DNA from: the human T2T-CHM13v2.0 reference genome, Homo sapiens
Reading direction: 5' to 3' (one strand)
Length of the DNA stretch: 64,000 nucleotides
Assembly: GCF_009914755.1 (NCBI RefSeq)
Contig: NC_060926.1
Shown here: piece after piece, positions 1 through 14,058 of the stretch
Layout: every line of letters begins with the position of its first letter
Position numbering within the stretch: position 1 is the first letter of the stretch
Made by a program: the position numbers and the translations under genes
Notes under the pieces: generated by a model
Told to the model about the DNA's origin: nothing
Databases searched by the model: none
What the model saw: the letters and a program-made list of their open reading frames with translations, nothing else

Positions 1-349
1 ATTACATTTGGCAGCCAAGGTTGGGACCCATGGTTTCAGATGTAGTAACCACATCAATTAACTTAGTACCTCTTAAGAAGGTTGCTTATTAGAATAACCT
101 GGGAGATTTTCTCCACACTGTTCCCTCCCTTCCACTTCCCTTATTAATTTAGTGAGCCAGTGTTAACTGATGGGAATATACACATACCCTTGGATATGTT
201 GGGACAGAAAAAAAAAAGACAACAATCAATTTGTTAAGTACTATTTTTCCTACACTCTTTTTGGAATATAGTCTGCTTATATAAGTGACTTTGTATCTAT
301 CCAGCATTATTTTATGTGGATAATTTTGTGTTGTTCAGTATTTGCATAA

Positions 350-460
350 TCACTGTGAGGGCAAGGACCTTGTAAGTTCTTCTGTTCATCACTGTATTTT
401 CAGTACCCACTAGTGCCTGGCACATGGTAGATAATCAGTAAATGTTAGAAGAGTGAATCA
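350..460 (+). mobile_element. L2 3'-end fragment
   Basis: gagggcaaggacc...tagtgcctggcacatggtag...aaatgttagaagagtgaat resembles the L2 3' terminus. Confidence 0.6.
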
Positions 461-1449
461 GTAACACTGAGTACCCCACATACGTGCCAGCTATAGTATG
501 AAGCTTTGTAATTACATTGTCCACCAAGGAAAAAGATCTTCCATAAAGCCACAGATAAGCAGGAAATAGATTTATTGAATTTTGAGTCTTTCGCAGGTCA
601 GGGATTCCGTGTAGGCATTAAGGTTCTGAACAAAAATGTAGCACAAAACACAAATACTTGCTAGCAGAAGATACATTTCCATACCTGCCCTCGTATATCA
701 AACTGCAAAACATACAGAAAAAAACTAATGGACAAACAGGTGCTGTTAGAGTCTGTGTTTAGTTTAAGCCTCATGATAAACTGGGCTAGAGCTTGACACA
801 TTTATCAACTGTTAGTTGTATTTTACCTAATCATAGCCTGTCTTAAAGGCAGAAAATGAAAACAAGATGATCTGTCACATATGGTTAAGTTGTAATTCAG
901 ATTTACAATATATTGGCGAAATGGCTTCAGTTTTGGATGAGCCCTTAAACTGTACAGTGTGCAAAGAATGGGGGAGGGAAGAGACCTAAGAAGGGTTAAG
1001 TAATCTTAGCCAAGATTTCTAAAAGCTCTTATTAATCTGATTTTTCAGAATTAGAAAATCTCTGTTGTCAGAGTTCTCCAGTTTGGGGTGTGATAAGAAA
1101 GCATATCATAGAAATTACTCTGCCTACCTAAAATCCTTTATGGTTTAGATTTTATTCTGTAGTGCCTTTACAGCACTCTTAGTGCTTCAGCCATAGCCCC
1201 AGTTTTGACTTATTGGGCCCCTGTCCCTCTTATTTTTCAAATTAAAAATTACACAGAAAACTATTCAGAGTGGAAAGAGTATAAGTGAAAACTAGGTTTC
1301 CTTTTCACTACAGAGCACCACATCCTTTTTAGAGGTAACCAGTATTAGCATTTCCTTCTGTATTTTTACAGAAAGAGTTAGTTCATATTGCCAGCATACA
1401 CATGCAGGTAGTTTTTGTAGTTTATTGGCATGATCACCACATGACTAGA

Positions 1450-2683
1450 TGACGTCTTTAGTTTCTAACACACTTTTCAAACCCAGCTTCTTTCCATATC
1501 TCTTCATGTAATTAATCTCTCCTCTGCTTTGTTTCCATTTGCTTTTTTGTCCCTCTGTTAAACACCTGTTAGAGGTCTGACATGTATTATTGGGACTTAG
1601 GTGTGGTGGTCTCATCTCAGGTATCATCTCGCCTTCTTACTCTGTACTCTTTACCTAGCCTGGCTCATCCCACCTGCAGGACATTAAGGACCTGTGTATC
1701 AAGGTCTCACAAATTTATATCTATAGGACCAGGCCCCTTTATCTTACTTGTCTGTCTCTTTGACATACTTATCTTTTGGATATCTCATAAACTTCTTAGT
1801 CCCAGTGTATCCAAAACCAACTTTTTTTTCAACATCCATATCTTAGTTAATGGCATATACATTATCTCAGTCATAGCAGTCTGAAAACTATAAGCTATTC
1901 TCGAAACCCTCCTTTTCCTCACTTGTCCTATTTCAAAACGTAAGTCTGGTTGATTTTTGTTTTGTTTTGTTTTTTTCCTCCTAAATAACTCTCAAGTCCC
2001 TCTTCTTTGTCTCTGGTACCATATTAGTCTAGCCTATCATCATCTTTCACCCAGATTACTGCAGTGGTCCACCCACAGCCCCTCCGGGCCTCCTCCAGAC
2101 CATTTTCCACAGAGCAGCCTGAGGAGGCCTTGCAAAATGTCCATATTAGTTTAACACTCCCCCTTTGTTGCTTAAAATCTTTTGATAGCTGCCTATTTCT
2201 TTTAATATAAAGACAAGTCTCCTTCATGTAGTCTTACAAGGTCCTGCCTAGACGTTTGTTACAGCTTCCCTCATTAGGTCGTTTCATTGTACTTCCCATG
2301 TTCTCTTCCCTTCTGCCACATTGTGCTTCCAGGCCCTGCTACTTGTTCCTGATGGCCTCAGGGCATTTTCCTATGCTTTGAAGTCCTCTTTCCCAGCCCT
2401 TTCCTTTCAGCTTCTCCTGATAAACCCCCACTGGGGTATTTGAAATAATCTTTTAAATATTGCTTCCTCTGACTCTTCCCTTATCTCTCTAACATTTCCC
2501 CGGCATTCAACAAGGAATACCTTGCCTTTGTAGCGTTTTCTGTTTTATGTTTTTTTGTGAGTTTATTTGATTAAGATCTATATCCTCAGCTAGGCTGAAA
2601 TCTCCATTGTATATTTAGTTTCTTGTACAGATTCCTAGCCCCAAATCGTAGACACTCAATAACTCCTTAATGAATGAATGAAT
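1450..2683 (+). mobile_element. Degenerate L2 LINE fragment
   Basis: CT-rich L2-like body (cccagattactgcagtgg, ggcctcagggc...) ending in cactcaataa...tgaatgaatgaat. Boundaries approximate. Confidence 0.6.
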
Positions 2684-5004
2684 TTGTTTTCTTTATTGAA
2701 TCTAACAAGTACTGTATTTTGTATATTGTTAAAGCTTAAATACTTTTTTTGATTCAAAGTAAATTCATAGGTTCACAAGGCACAGTATGGATTAATAAGC
2801 AATACCATTTCCTGGTTGGTTGTTATACAGATTACATAAGAATTCACACATTTACCAAAACGAGGTCATTCTTGGGAAGAGGAGTAGGAAGATAAAATCA
2901 TGGGAACCACTAGCACATACCTAGGTCTGCCCTTTTAGTTAGTAGAATTATTTTTCTACGTTATTTCCCCAGCCACTCCTCTCACCCTAATGTCTGTATT
3001 ATAGCTTTCCCTAATTGTGAACTCCTAATTGCTTTCAACCTAAATAAATATGATTCTTTCTAAAACACTCAGGAATAACAACTGTTCACTTATAAACAGT
3101 TTTTGAAGTTTGGAAAGCAATATAGAGGTTTGGCTTTACTTTAGAAAAATATTACAGAAGCTACCTGTGTTCTCCGCCTACTTCACACATGCCCATTTAG
3201 CATTTGATGTACTTCATATAATTAAATTTGTTCTGCATCCTAAGGATTTTCCTGAGCCCCAGCCGCCTTGATAAGGTTGTTAAAATGAACAACTCATTGC
3301 TAAGATTACCTTTTCTCCCTCTCTTGGGCAGTAGAACTCAGCTGAGAGAATAGCGGCAACTAGGAGAAGAAAGGGTGATGGGTTGAGATTTCTGGAGATT
3401 TCAGCTGAGGGAGTAAAGAAGCTTCAGAGGATAAAGATATTCTTTATGTCACCATTAGCAGAGAAGTCAAGGATCTGCTGGACAGAGCAGCTTTTTGAGT
3501 GTAGGTATTTTAGCTAAGTTGGATATTATACACCACAATGAATGTGAATATAAAAAACAAGGGATTTAAGTGTGAAATTGTGACCACAGTATTGGCTAAA
3601 GACAATATACTTATAGATGTTGATATTTAATTTCACCACACCCACAGTTTATCCTGGCATCCCAGTGCCTGGTCCATAGTAGTTATTCACAATGTTGTTT
3701 AACTGACTGGACTTGGATGTGTGTTTGTGTGTGTTTTTTAAATTATTTCACCTTGTGTATGGTTGTACTTGTAGAAATGTTTTCATCTACATTTATATAA
3801 GTGTACAGTACTTTGCAATAAAAATACCTGTACCAGAATTCTTCTCTTACAAAGTGTTTCTTATGATTATACACAATAGACTTGACTGCGTTTGGATGAT
3901 GACTGTCATAATAGGCCTTAAGATAGACAAAGCACAAGCTTTATAGTAATAGTTTTGAAGAAAGACTATATGGTAATTACTAGATCAAGAAAGCATTATT
4001 GCATTATCTGTGCAGATAGAAGCCTTTAGGCAGATGCCATAGTTTTTTTACTTCATCAGTCTTTTTATATGTACACCTGACTGCCAGAAATAGTTATTAA
4101 TTCTTCAATGAAGATGGTTTTGCAGACTGAATTTATGTGTATGTATATAGCACGCACACCCAGCCATTTTATTTTTATGTTCAATCTAATTCCTTTAAAC
4201 AAAAGACTATGAAATACTACTACTTTTCTGTAGGCCATGTGATAAGGTTGTTAGGGCTGGACAGAAAGAAAAAATATATTTATTTGCCATACCCTGAATA
4301 TATGAAATGAAGACTAGATTTCAAAAATCTTACTTTCAGGCATCACAGTAATTTACAAAAAGGCCAATAAGTTACACAAGCATTTGTAGTAATTTATGTA
4401 AAAGATGTGAAGCTGGTAAGGGATGGTTCAAAAACTTACATATCAGAATCTGCTTAATACAAATTTTAGGAAAAGAATCCACTTCTTTACAAGGCAATAC
4501 TCTGATCACTATTTCCTGAACAGTTATTGAAGGTGTTTCAAGCAAGAGTTACATACTAGTATAGATTTTTAATGCAAATGGCCATATTTGTTTTGAAGGT
4601 GATACCTTGTGGGTTTTCTTCAACTCTTTCAAAACTTGAATTTTATATCATTTTGTTTTTCCTCCCATCCCCACATCCTAAGTGCTAAAAGACTCTAAAA
4701 CTCATCTTGTCACCTGCTGTTTTGTTCAACGGGATTCTCTTCAGAAATATAATCCTAAAGTTTGGGAGGGACTCTTAGAGTAGACACTTAAGCAGAGATG
4801 GAACAAAGAATTAATAATCCAAATTATATGAAGCATTTAAAAGTCTGTAGAGTAGAAGCCATTACAGAATCACCTTTAGTACGTGATTAGATACCTTTAT
4901 TTCTGAATCTGTTTACATTTTATTTTTGGCAGGAGCTGGGTAATTAAAAATATTTGTATGGATTTATTGCTTTCAAATTTGTGGTGAAGACATTTTAGAA
5001 GAGA

Positions 5005-5165
5005 ATCTTAGCTCTGCATATACGACCCTAGGCAAGTCACTTAACCTTTCTGGCTCGGTTTCTCATCTGTGAAATTGTGATAAAAATACTCGAACAGGAT
5101 TACTACTATTGAGTTAGATGTGATATAAAGCACCTGGCAAAGAGTGGGCACTCCATAAAATGTTC
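5005..5165 (+). mobile_element. MIR SINE
   Basis: MIR core ggcaagtcacttaacctttctggctcggtttctcatctgtgaaat. Confidence 0.75.
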
Positions 5166-5309
5166 TTTCTTTCTTTAGTTATGTTAATAGTAAAATAGAG
5201 CTCTGGTGTGCTTTGAAACTTCCTTCTTTCTTGTTTCAACGTACAGTAATAGGTAAGACTTGAGTAATAATCCAGTAATCCTTTCATGTATTCTAGCTTG
5301 AACATTTTT

Positions 5310-5700
5310 TTAAAGGAAATAAAACTATATATAGTTGAAGTTTCTTCGTACTTTCTTCCCAGTCTCATTCCTTTTCCTTCCGGCCCAGAGGCAATAACTA
5401 TCCTGTATTTTTGGTCCATGATTTCTGCATGTTTTCATACTTTCACGGTGTATGTATGCATTCATAAACAATATGTGGGATCTTTTTTATGTTTTTAAAA
5501 CTTGAATAAATGGTATTAAATTACATGTTTAATCCTTCAGCTTAACTTTTTTCACTCAGCATTATTTTTGAGAGCTATCTCTTGCTGAAAAATATAGGTC
5601 ATTCATTTTAATTGCTGTATAATTATCTATTTCCTTATTGGTAGACATAGTGGTTTTATGCAGTTTTTTCAGTATTTTAAACAATGCTAGGTTGGATATC
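5310..5700 (-). mobile_element. Old L1M(E)-type 3' fragment
   Basis: ccagaggcaataacta...ttttcactcagcattatttttgaga...ttcattttaattgctgtata is typical of antisense L1ME. Confidence 0.5.
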
Positions 5701-6591
5701 TTCTCATTTTTAATATTCTTCTTAGAACTCAGGTGTGCTTACTGAGTTGCAGCTTAATCCCTGAAATGTGCATTACTGACCTACAAACGTTTGTAATGAA
5801 CTGATTTATAATCTTAATTACCTAACTCATTCCAGTCTTTTCTAAAGATTGGTCTAATTTAAGGGCTCCTCTTTCTAATCTCTCCTACCCCCATTACTCA
5901 TACTGAGATGCTAACTTGATAGCCTCATTGTGGGAAAAGTCGTATCAACATTAGGAACAGTTATTGCTTATTTTGGTGATATTAATAGTGATTGATTTTA
6001 ATTTTCAATATTATGCATTTTAAGTATACCAATTCTGAAGTATACTTTTGCAATAGAATATGTGTGCAAATTCTTAGGACTATTAAAATACTTAGTCCAA
6101 CCTAATGGAGTAACCTTTTGTATGTAATTTCTTTTTAAATATGTATTTATAGTGAATACATGAGCTAGTTTTATAATTACTATTCTCTGTGTTTTCTAGA
6201 CTGCTTTTTTATGCAGTGTGGCATTGTACCTAAAATTTTGTATCTGTTTTTAAGTCAAAAATACGTTTTCCAAATAAAATTTTGTATAGAGTCTGAAGAC
6301 ACTGGATACATTTCTGAGTCACTGAGGTATTTCCATATAGTTTGGCACAATGTAAAAATTGTGTGATTTAACTTAATTATGACTGAATCATTGTGAAGTG
6401 TCTCCTTTTATTAGCCATATTATTAATCTGAGTGAATCTTATCTAGTTGTTAAGGTTGAGAAAAGAAAGGTGGCTGACACACCCACATCCTATAAGAAAA
6501 TGTAATACTTAAATTACAATCATTAAGGTGTAACTAATTCTCCCATTTAGTTAGGATGTTGGTGATGTCAAGAATTAATTAAAATACTTTG

Positions 6592-6790
6592 CAGGGGTGT
6601 CCAGGGGAAAGAATACAGTCGTAGGTTCTTGAAGTTTCTGTTTCTGGTTAGGCCAGTAAAGCCCCTTCCTCATCCTCTTTTTCTCTTATCACTAGAGACA
6701 GAAACTAAAACCCATGGCTTTAGGCTGTTAAAAGCATAAAACAAAACAGCACAACAGCAGCAGCAAAATAAGGCAGGTTGGACAAGTTTG
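6592..6790. mobile_element. MER30B-like hAT-Charlie MITE
   Basis: Termini caggggtgtcca...ggttggacaagtttg, with an internal ccagtaaagccccttcctcatcc and cagaaactaaaacccatgg. Confidence 0.65.
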
Positions 6791-7849
6791 CTAGAGTCTG
6801 TGTGACATTTAAATATCTTCGTTAACCCAGCTGTTTAAGGTATATGCTCATTGCTTTTCAGAAATTTTGAATTTTAAAAATATCTGAAAATGGTTGAGTG
6901 CTGAAAGTTAACAGTGCAGGCAGTTATCATTGAGAACACCTGACTTTCACACATTTTAACACCACTAACATTGGCTAGTCCTTTTTATTGTCTAGCAATA
7001 GCCCAGAAATACTCCTTTCCTGTTTACCTCCCAGTTTGTAGTTTCTAATCATATCAAGACCTAGTTTTTAATCACTTTTGCTGAAAGGTCTACCCACTCT
7101 TAAGGCCAGGGTAGACTCCTTGTTTTATTTTCTTTGTTCTGCTTCTTCTGCCTCTGCTGTTCCAGGAGTCTTCCATTTTCCTATCTGCTGTGAAATGCTT
7201 GCTGGTCACTTTTCTACCTTGGTTTTCTTTTATCCTTACCTCCCTTCTATCTGGCTGATTGGTGGGCTTTCCATGTGCCTCTCTGTGCACAGGACACCTC
7301 GCCATCACTTTTACAATGCTGTTCCCTCTTAGTCATTTCTTAGTCGTTTCACCACCCTTTAAGTTTCCAGGAATAATCTTTTTCTTTTCCTCTCGTTCTT
7401 TGTGACCAGAATTTCCTTATTTTTACATCTCTTTTCTCCTTGGTTTATAAAGATATGTTTGAAAGAGTAGGAAAAGATCAGAGGCCAGAGTGAATACCTG
7501 CCAACTACATGAACTTTGAGAGCCAGAGTGGTCAATTCGAAGGCACTCTGGTTTATGTAGTTTTAAAATGTCTAACCATATATCATACTTTTCAGTATTT
7601 TTTACTGCAGATATACAGTACCTTATTTAATATTATAGAAGAAATAGTTTAAATAAATTTTGTGGACCAGGATTTAAACCACCTTAGTTCTATGGTCCAA
7701 ATGTGTTTCAAGTTCCAAAATACCTGATTTCAGAACAAATTTTTGGAACATACTCGTTTATAAAAGTTAGTAACTCTTTTTATAAACCATTACTTACAGA
7801 AACATTGACCTCTTATTTTAATATATAAATATTTGCTTGTTCTAAAATT

Positions 7850-9045
7850 TATTTGTATTTTTTAAATTAATAGCTTTTTCTGGGCAGTTTTAGGTTCATA
7901 GCAAAATTGAGTGAAAACCCCTTGTATCTCTCTGCCCCTGCACAGACACACAACCACCCCTGCTATTATTGTCCCACACTACAGTGGTATAGTTGTTACA
8001 TTCCAATCGATAAACCTACATTAACACATCATTATCATGCAAAGTCCCTAGTTTTCATATGGGTTCACTCTTGATGTTGTACATTTTATGGATTTTTACA
8101 CATATATAGTGACATATCCGCCATTCATACCATACAGAAAAGTTCACTCCCTTACAGATCCTCCGTGCTGTGCCTCTTCATCCCTTCCACCCCACTAACC
8201 CCTGGCAACCACTGATATTTTTACTGTTTCTGTAGTTTTGCCTCCAGAATGTCATATAGATGGAGTCATACAGTATGTAGCCTTTTCATATTGGGTTCTC
8301 CCACTTACTAATATGCATTTAAGTTTCATCCATATCTTTTCATGGCTTGATAGCTCACTTCTTTTTAGCACCGAATAATATTTCGTTGTCTGGAGGTACC
8401 ACAGTTTATATATCCATTCACCTACTGAAGTAACATCTTGATCACCTTCAAGATTTGGCAGTTATGAATCAAGCTGCTATTCACATCTGCATGCAGAGTT
8501 TTGTGTGGACATAAGTTTTCAGTTCATTTGAGTAAATACCCAGGAGTGTGATTACTGGATCTTATGGTAAGATATGTTTATGTTTGTAACAAGATTGCCA
8601 AACTGTCTTCCAAAGTGGACATCCAGATGCATAAAAATGAATCTAGATATTTTGCATTTCCTGTACCATTTTGTATTCTCCACTAGCAATGGATGAGAGT
8701 TCCTGTTACTCCACATTTTCTTCAGCATTTGTTGTTGGTGTTTTGGATTTGGGCCATTCTAATAGGTGTGTAGTGGCATGCTTTTCTTGTTTTAACTTGA
8801 AATTCCCTAATGACATGAGTTTGAACAGTTTTTCATACGCTTACTTGCCATCTGTTTATCTTTGGTGTGAGGTATCTGTTCAGGTATTTCACCCATTTTA
8901 TAATCAGGTTGTTCATTTTCTTTAGTTTTAATGGTTCATCGTATATTTTTGATAACAGTTCTTTATCAGGTACATCTTTTGCAAATATTTTCTCCAAGAC
9001 TGTTGCCTGCCTTGTTCTCTTGACATTGTCTTGCAGAGCAAAAAA
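7850..9045 (-). mobile_element. L1MC-type LINE-1 3' fragment
   Basis: gcagttttaggttcatagcaaaattgag 3'-UTR signature, followed by antisense L1 sequence (ccagaatgtcatata, gccaaactgtcttccaaagtgg, gccattctaataggtgtgtagtgg). Confidence 0.75.
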
Positions 9046-9049
9046 AATC

Positions 9050-9700
9050 TAGGCTGCAGTTACAGATTTGGAAGTTAAGAGCATATTGGTGCTATTGGGA
9101 GCCGTAAAACTGCATAAGATAACCAAAACAGTATATGTAGGTAGAAAAGAGAAGAGTGTAAGGTCTTAGCTCTGGAGGACTGGTGATATTTAAAGCTTAG
9201 GGTGATAAGGAATAGGAATAGAGAGTGAGAACGAGGGGCCAGGAAATGTAGGAAAGCTAACAAAGTATGTTATTCTAGGAATGAAAGAGAAAGTGTATCA
9301 AGGAGGATGTGATTGGCTGTGTCAAATGTTGCTGGACCAGTCAAATAATATGAAGATTGAGAAATGATCATTGGGTGTAGTGATGAGGTCATTGGTGACT
9401 TTGGATAAGAGCTGTTTCAGTGGAGTAATGGGAGGAAATGCCTGTTGGGAATGAGTTCAAGTAACAACAGAGGAGAGAAACTGAAGATAGCAGATGTAGA
9501 TAAGATTTCCAAGGAGTTTTGCTGTCAAGGAAAGATGATTGAGATGGAAACTCGAAGGGAGAGAGAAATAGAGATTTTAAAAAATAATAATAAAGTTGGG
9601 AGAAAGGGCATTGTTGGATTCTTATTGGCATCACTCACCAGAGAAGGAAAAATGGATGATGATTCAAGACAGTGGAAGAGACAGAGAGTGTCGGTCAGTT
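9050..9700 (-). mobile_element. L2 fragment
   Basis: Purine-rich antisense L2 (gaggtcattggtgactttggataagagctgtttcagtggag). Confidence 0.6.
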
Positions 9701-10000
9701 GCTAGCCTCTAATATGATTTGTTTAAATTACAGTGGACTCAGCCCTGCAACTGCTCATGTCCCTTCCTGACCCCTTCCCATCTTGCCGTATGTTTTGACT
9801 AACAGATGGTACATTTATGAGAACGAAAAGAGGCCCCTAATCCAGACAGGTAGCCAACACTACCTGGATTTTAGGACTGGATTTTAGCCTTCACTTGTCC
9901 TAAACTAGGTGTCTTTGGGTACAGCAAAGTAATCATACTACCATAGCTTCTCTGCTTAGTCTACTCCAAGACAATAGGAAAAGTTATTTACTATCCTGCA

Positions 10001-10047
10001 ATAGTTAAATGTACACTTTGTCCTATAGTTAAATGTACACTTTGTCC
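10001..10047. repeat. Perfect tandem duplication, period 24
   Basis: atagttaaatgtacactttgtcc occurs at 10001-10023 and 10025-10047. Confidence 0.9.
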
Positions 10048-10289
10048 GATGGCAAATAGCATGATAAGTGGGAAGAGAGCACATTTAAGAACTAAGAATT
10101 TGGTGTGGGAATCCAAGCTCTTCTATCAACTGGCAGTAAAATATATTTGAGGAGAGTTTAAGGCGTATGAGTCGTCTTACCAACAAGTAATTATGAGTTT
10201 AGATTTTATTTGAACTATCTCTCTTGTTTGTATTTTATAAAGTAATGGTGTGTTAAGCGCAGTGCACCAAAATGTAACTAAGACTTAGT

Positions 10290-11870
10290 AGCACCTAGGA
10301 CTCAGATCTTGGTTTTTCTTACAACATTCGCACTGAAAGGAACCCTGGCTCTTTGGAAAAATGTTTGATTCCAAGGATGGGATTCCTTATGCCAAAGGAA
10401 GGAAATGCTTAAAAAAAAAAAAAAAAAGATGCTAACATGTTGCAAGGATATAGGAGTCATTTTGAAAGGGTTCCCCATCAGCCAAATCTGCAATAATTTG
10501 GGTATCAAAATAATTAAAGTCAGTAATGACTTATAAAGCATTGGGAAAAAATGAGACCATACCAGTAATACTTCTGTACATACGTACAGGCAGGAGAAGA
10601 GGCTCAAGGGGTAACTGTTAAGTGTAGAGAAAGTTCTAGAATTGGAAAATCATGATTTTATTGCTGTAACAGAATACCTGAGACTGAGTAGGTTATAAGG
10701 AAAAGAGGTTTATTTGGTTCACCTGATGGGCATCTGCATCTGTTGAGGGCCTCAGGCTGCTTCAACTCACAGTGGAAAGGCAGGCATCAAGTGCAAAGAG
10801 ATCACAAAGCAAGAGGAAGCAAGAGAGAGAAACCAAGGAAAGCCACTCTTTTTAACAATGAGTTCTCTTGGGAACTAATTCATTCTTGCTAGAGTGAGGA
10901 CTCACCCCTGAGGGAGGGCATTAATTTATTCATGAGGGATCTACCCCTCTGACCCAGACACTTCCCAACATTGCCGCGTTTGGGGGTCAGATTTCAACTT
11001 GAGTTTTAGCAGGGACAGATCAAACCATAGCAATCACAAATGGATGCTAAATCTTGGGAAGAAATTTTGATAAGAAGCAGGATATTTGCCTGGTCTTGAA
11101 GTGTCTGTCCAAATATTGCTTATTGGTTGCAGGGAAAAGATAGTAACTAAGCAGTAGGAAAATTGGATAGCAGTTTGTCTGGATGATGAAACTTAACATC
11201 ACCAATGAGGTACAGGTAGGTGCTGTGTGCCTCCAAATGTGATACCATGAGAAGGACACATACTATTTCAGCCAGACACCTACTATTTCAGCCAGAAATG
11301 CGTTACATGAATCAAATCATGAGCAAACATGGCAAGCTCAAAATGATGAGCATTTTTTAAAAAAGAAGACTAGATTCTGCAAAAAACGTTAATGTTATAA
11401 AAGTTAAAGAAAGGCGGAAAGGACCCATATTAAAGGAGAATAAAGACACAGGAAATAACGTGGTTCCAAGACTGGGTCCTGCATCGGAGAAAAATTAATT
11501 TTTTAAAAGGGTATTACCGAATCAGTTGACAACATTATAATACAAATTGTACTTTAAAGAATTGTATTAATGTATTTACTGAAATTGTAACTGTATTGTG
11601 ATTTATAGGAGATTGTTTTTAGGAAATGCACACTGACATGTTTATGGGGAAAAGGCCGTGTGCAACTTTCAGGTGACTCAGAAAAAAGTATGTCTCTATG
11701 CATGCTTGCAGGTTTAGAGGGGTGTGTGTTTCGGGAGAGAGAGGAGCAAATGGGGCAGAGCAGAATGCTAATGGAGACTGGGTAAAGTTATACCAATTTT
11801 CTTTGTACTTTTCTTGCATTTCCTCTGTAAGTTTGTAATATTTCCAAGTAAGTTCATACACACATGCACA
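10290..11870 (+). mobile_element. L1MC4-like 3' region, interrupted by an LTR
   Basis: tcagatcttggttt...aaaggaaccctggctctttggaaaaatg and ttaggaaatgcacactga...ctttgtacttttcttgca are L1MC 3'-end motifs. Confidence 0.6.
10657..11032 (-). mobile_element. MaLR solo LTR (MST-type) nested in L1MC
   Basis: acagaatacctgagactgagta...aaaagaggtttatttgg...gagggcctcaggctgc...caaaccatagca. Confidence 0.7.
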
Positions 11871-12006
11871 TGCAAACACATTGGGGCTTATTTCTTTTAT
11901 ACTTATTTTACTTCTTATTGCTCTAGATTGCTAATTTACCTTTAACACTTCCCTGGTTTTAGGATATTAACATTCATTGCTAATATATGTACATACTGAT
12001 TTTTAA

Positions 12007-12177
<171 letters not shown>

Positions 12178-13135
12178 TAGTATTTAATCCTTCTCCTCTA
12201 AAATCGGTTATTCTAGAACTTAAATGTGTATTGATGCAGTTATTTTGATTTCATTGCTTTTCATGGATTGATATGGAAATTTTCGCATAATCAAGAATTT
12301 TAAAACAGTAATTGACTCCTTTCACAAATAATTTGTAATAAACAGAAAGAGTTTAATTCTTAATTGTAAATAAAACTATACCTTGCACATCAATAAAGCA
12401 GATAAATTTTATGCTTATGAGGGAGAAGATCCTATGAACCTTCATTAATACCTTAATTAATAATACCTTAATTAACTATTAAGGTATTAATGAAGGTATT
12501 AGGATAAAAAGTAAAACTGTTTGACAGCTTCCAGAAATAAGGGTTTAATAATGTGAATTTTGTGCTGAATACCTTTATAGATAAGCAAAAACTTCATAGC
12601 CAAGAAGAGGGAAACTAATAATATTTAGTAAACTCATTTTGTACCTTCTGTGGGTATGATGTAGTAGTGGAAGCAGAATGCCTGAGTTTTGTTGGCTCTG
12701 AGTTCATTTGAAGTATGAATTAGATGGATAACAGAGAACGGGGTGAGTTGTGCCTTCTAATGACCATCAACTTTGCAAAGCTTAAATATAACAATTACTT
12801 GAATGGCTCCCTCCGCTAACTTCTGTTTCTACAATGGTCAAGTCAGCAGGTAAAAACCACTGGAATTAAGCATGAGCATTATTATGCTGTTGTTACAGAG
12901 ATGTCTGACATAGCAGGGGAAAGTGTATTTTCAAGTCCATAGCCCTTAACTATGGTGAAATGTTTTTCTTTTCCAACATGGTGACTTTTGTTCTCTGTAC
13001 TTTTAAAAATTTATGTTGCAGTCTATACCATTTAAAATTTATGTAGCCTGTGTGTATGTATATGTGCACATAAACGGATTTATTTTGTGAATAAAAGAGG
13101 GTTATTTCTCAGTAACTTATTGTCTAACAAGGTAA

Positions 13136-13154
13136 CGAGTGCCATCTAGTGGTA
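13136..13154 (-). promoter_or_regulatory. CTCF motif (reverse orientation), intronic
   Basis: The minus strand reads TACCACTAGATGGCACTCG, a near-consensus CTCF core (CCACTAGATGGCA) in unique sequence. Confidence 0.7.
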
Positions 13155-13757
13155 TTTACCCCAAACCGCAGACACCATTTACTCTCAATTACAGCTGTTA
13201 GTGTTTAAAGTGCTTTACCGTGTGGTCCCATCAGCATGTAAGATCTTGAAATTATTTTTGCATATGGGGAAGATTAATTGAAGAAAAAGACTCTTAAGTT
13301 TTCCTGGACACCTTTTAATGAAAAACAGAAATTGGCTAATATAAGAATTTCACACTATATAGTACTGTATATGATTTGCCGTAATTTTGATGAATATAAT
13401 GATTATAAATTTAGCATGTTGGTTTTTTGCTGAAATTGCAATATATCATCTAATTCTTTAGTGTTCACTCTGTTGCTGAGATATACAGTATTAACCATTA
13501 AGATCTATAGTTGGACAAATGAAAAATAAGATTTCTGGTATAATCTTGGTATTTGGAACAATTATTTCTCTGCAATGCTAAATCTTTTTGAAGTTTGGAA
13601 AAGTTGAGCTTCTTGAAGGATAATAAATATTTAATAGAAATCTGCTCATGAATGCTATTCTGTTCACTAGTTATAGCTGAAAATATATTTGTAAATCACA
13701 TATGTATTGAGCAGTAACGTCAGTGATCTGAACATAAATTATTTCTATATTCTAGAG

Positions 13758-14058
13758 CAGCATTAATGGAAATATAGTAAAATCTACATGTATAATTTTA
13801 AATTTTCTAATAGCCACATAAAACATAAAACAATTTTAATACTATATTAGTTAACCCAACATATTAAAAATATTGTCATTTCAACATGTAATCCGTGTAA
13901 GAGTATTGTTAATGAAATCTTACACATTTTCTTTTTGGTACTAACTCTTAGAAATCTGGTATTTATTTTACACTTCTAGTTCGTCTCAATTCACCTTGCC
14001 ACAATTTAAGAGCTGTATATGCACATGTAACTAGTATATGCTGTATTGGTCAGAGCAG
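13758..14058. mobile_element. MER33-like hAT-Charlie MITE with 8-bp TSD
   Basis: Perfect TSD ttctagag at 13750-13757 and 14059-14066. Internal ttttaaattttctaatagccacat and tatattagttaacccaac. Confidence 0.75.

Noticed and set aside
518-3645. Possible ancient LTR remnants at ~518-800 and ~3170-3640
   Set aside because: The resemblance is only impressionistic. I could not support a family, termini or TSD without a Dfam search.
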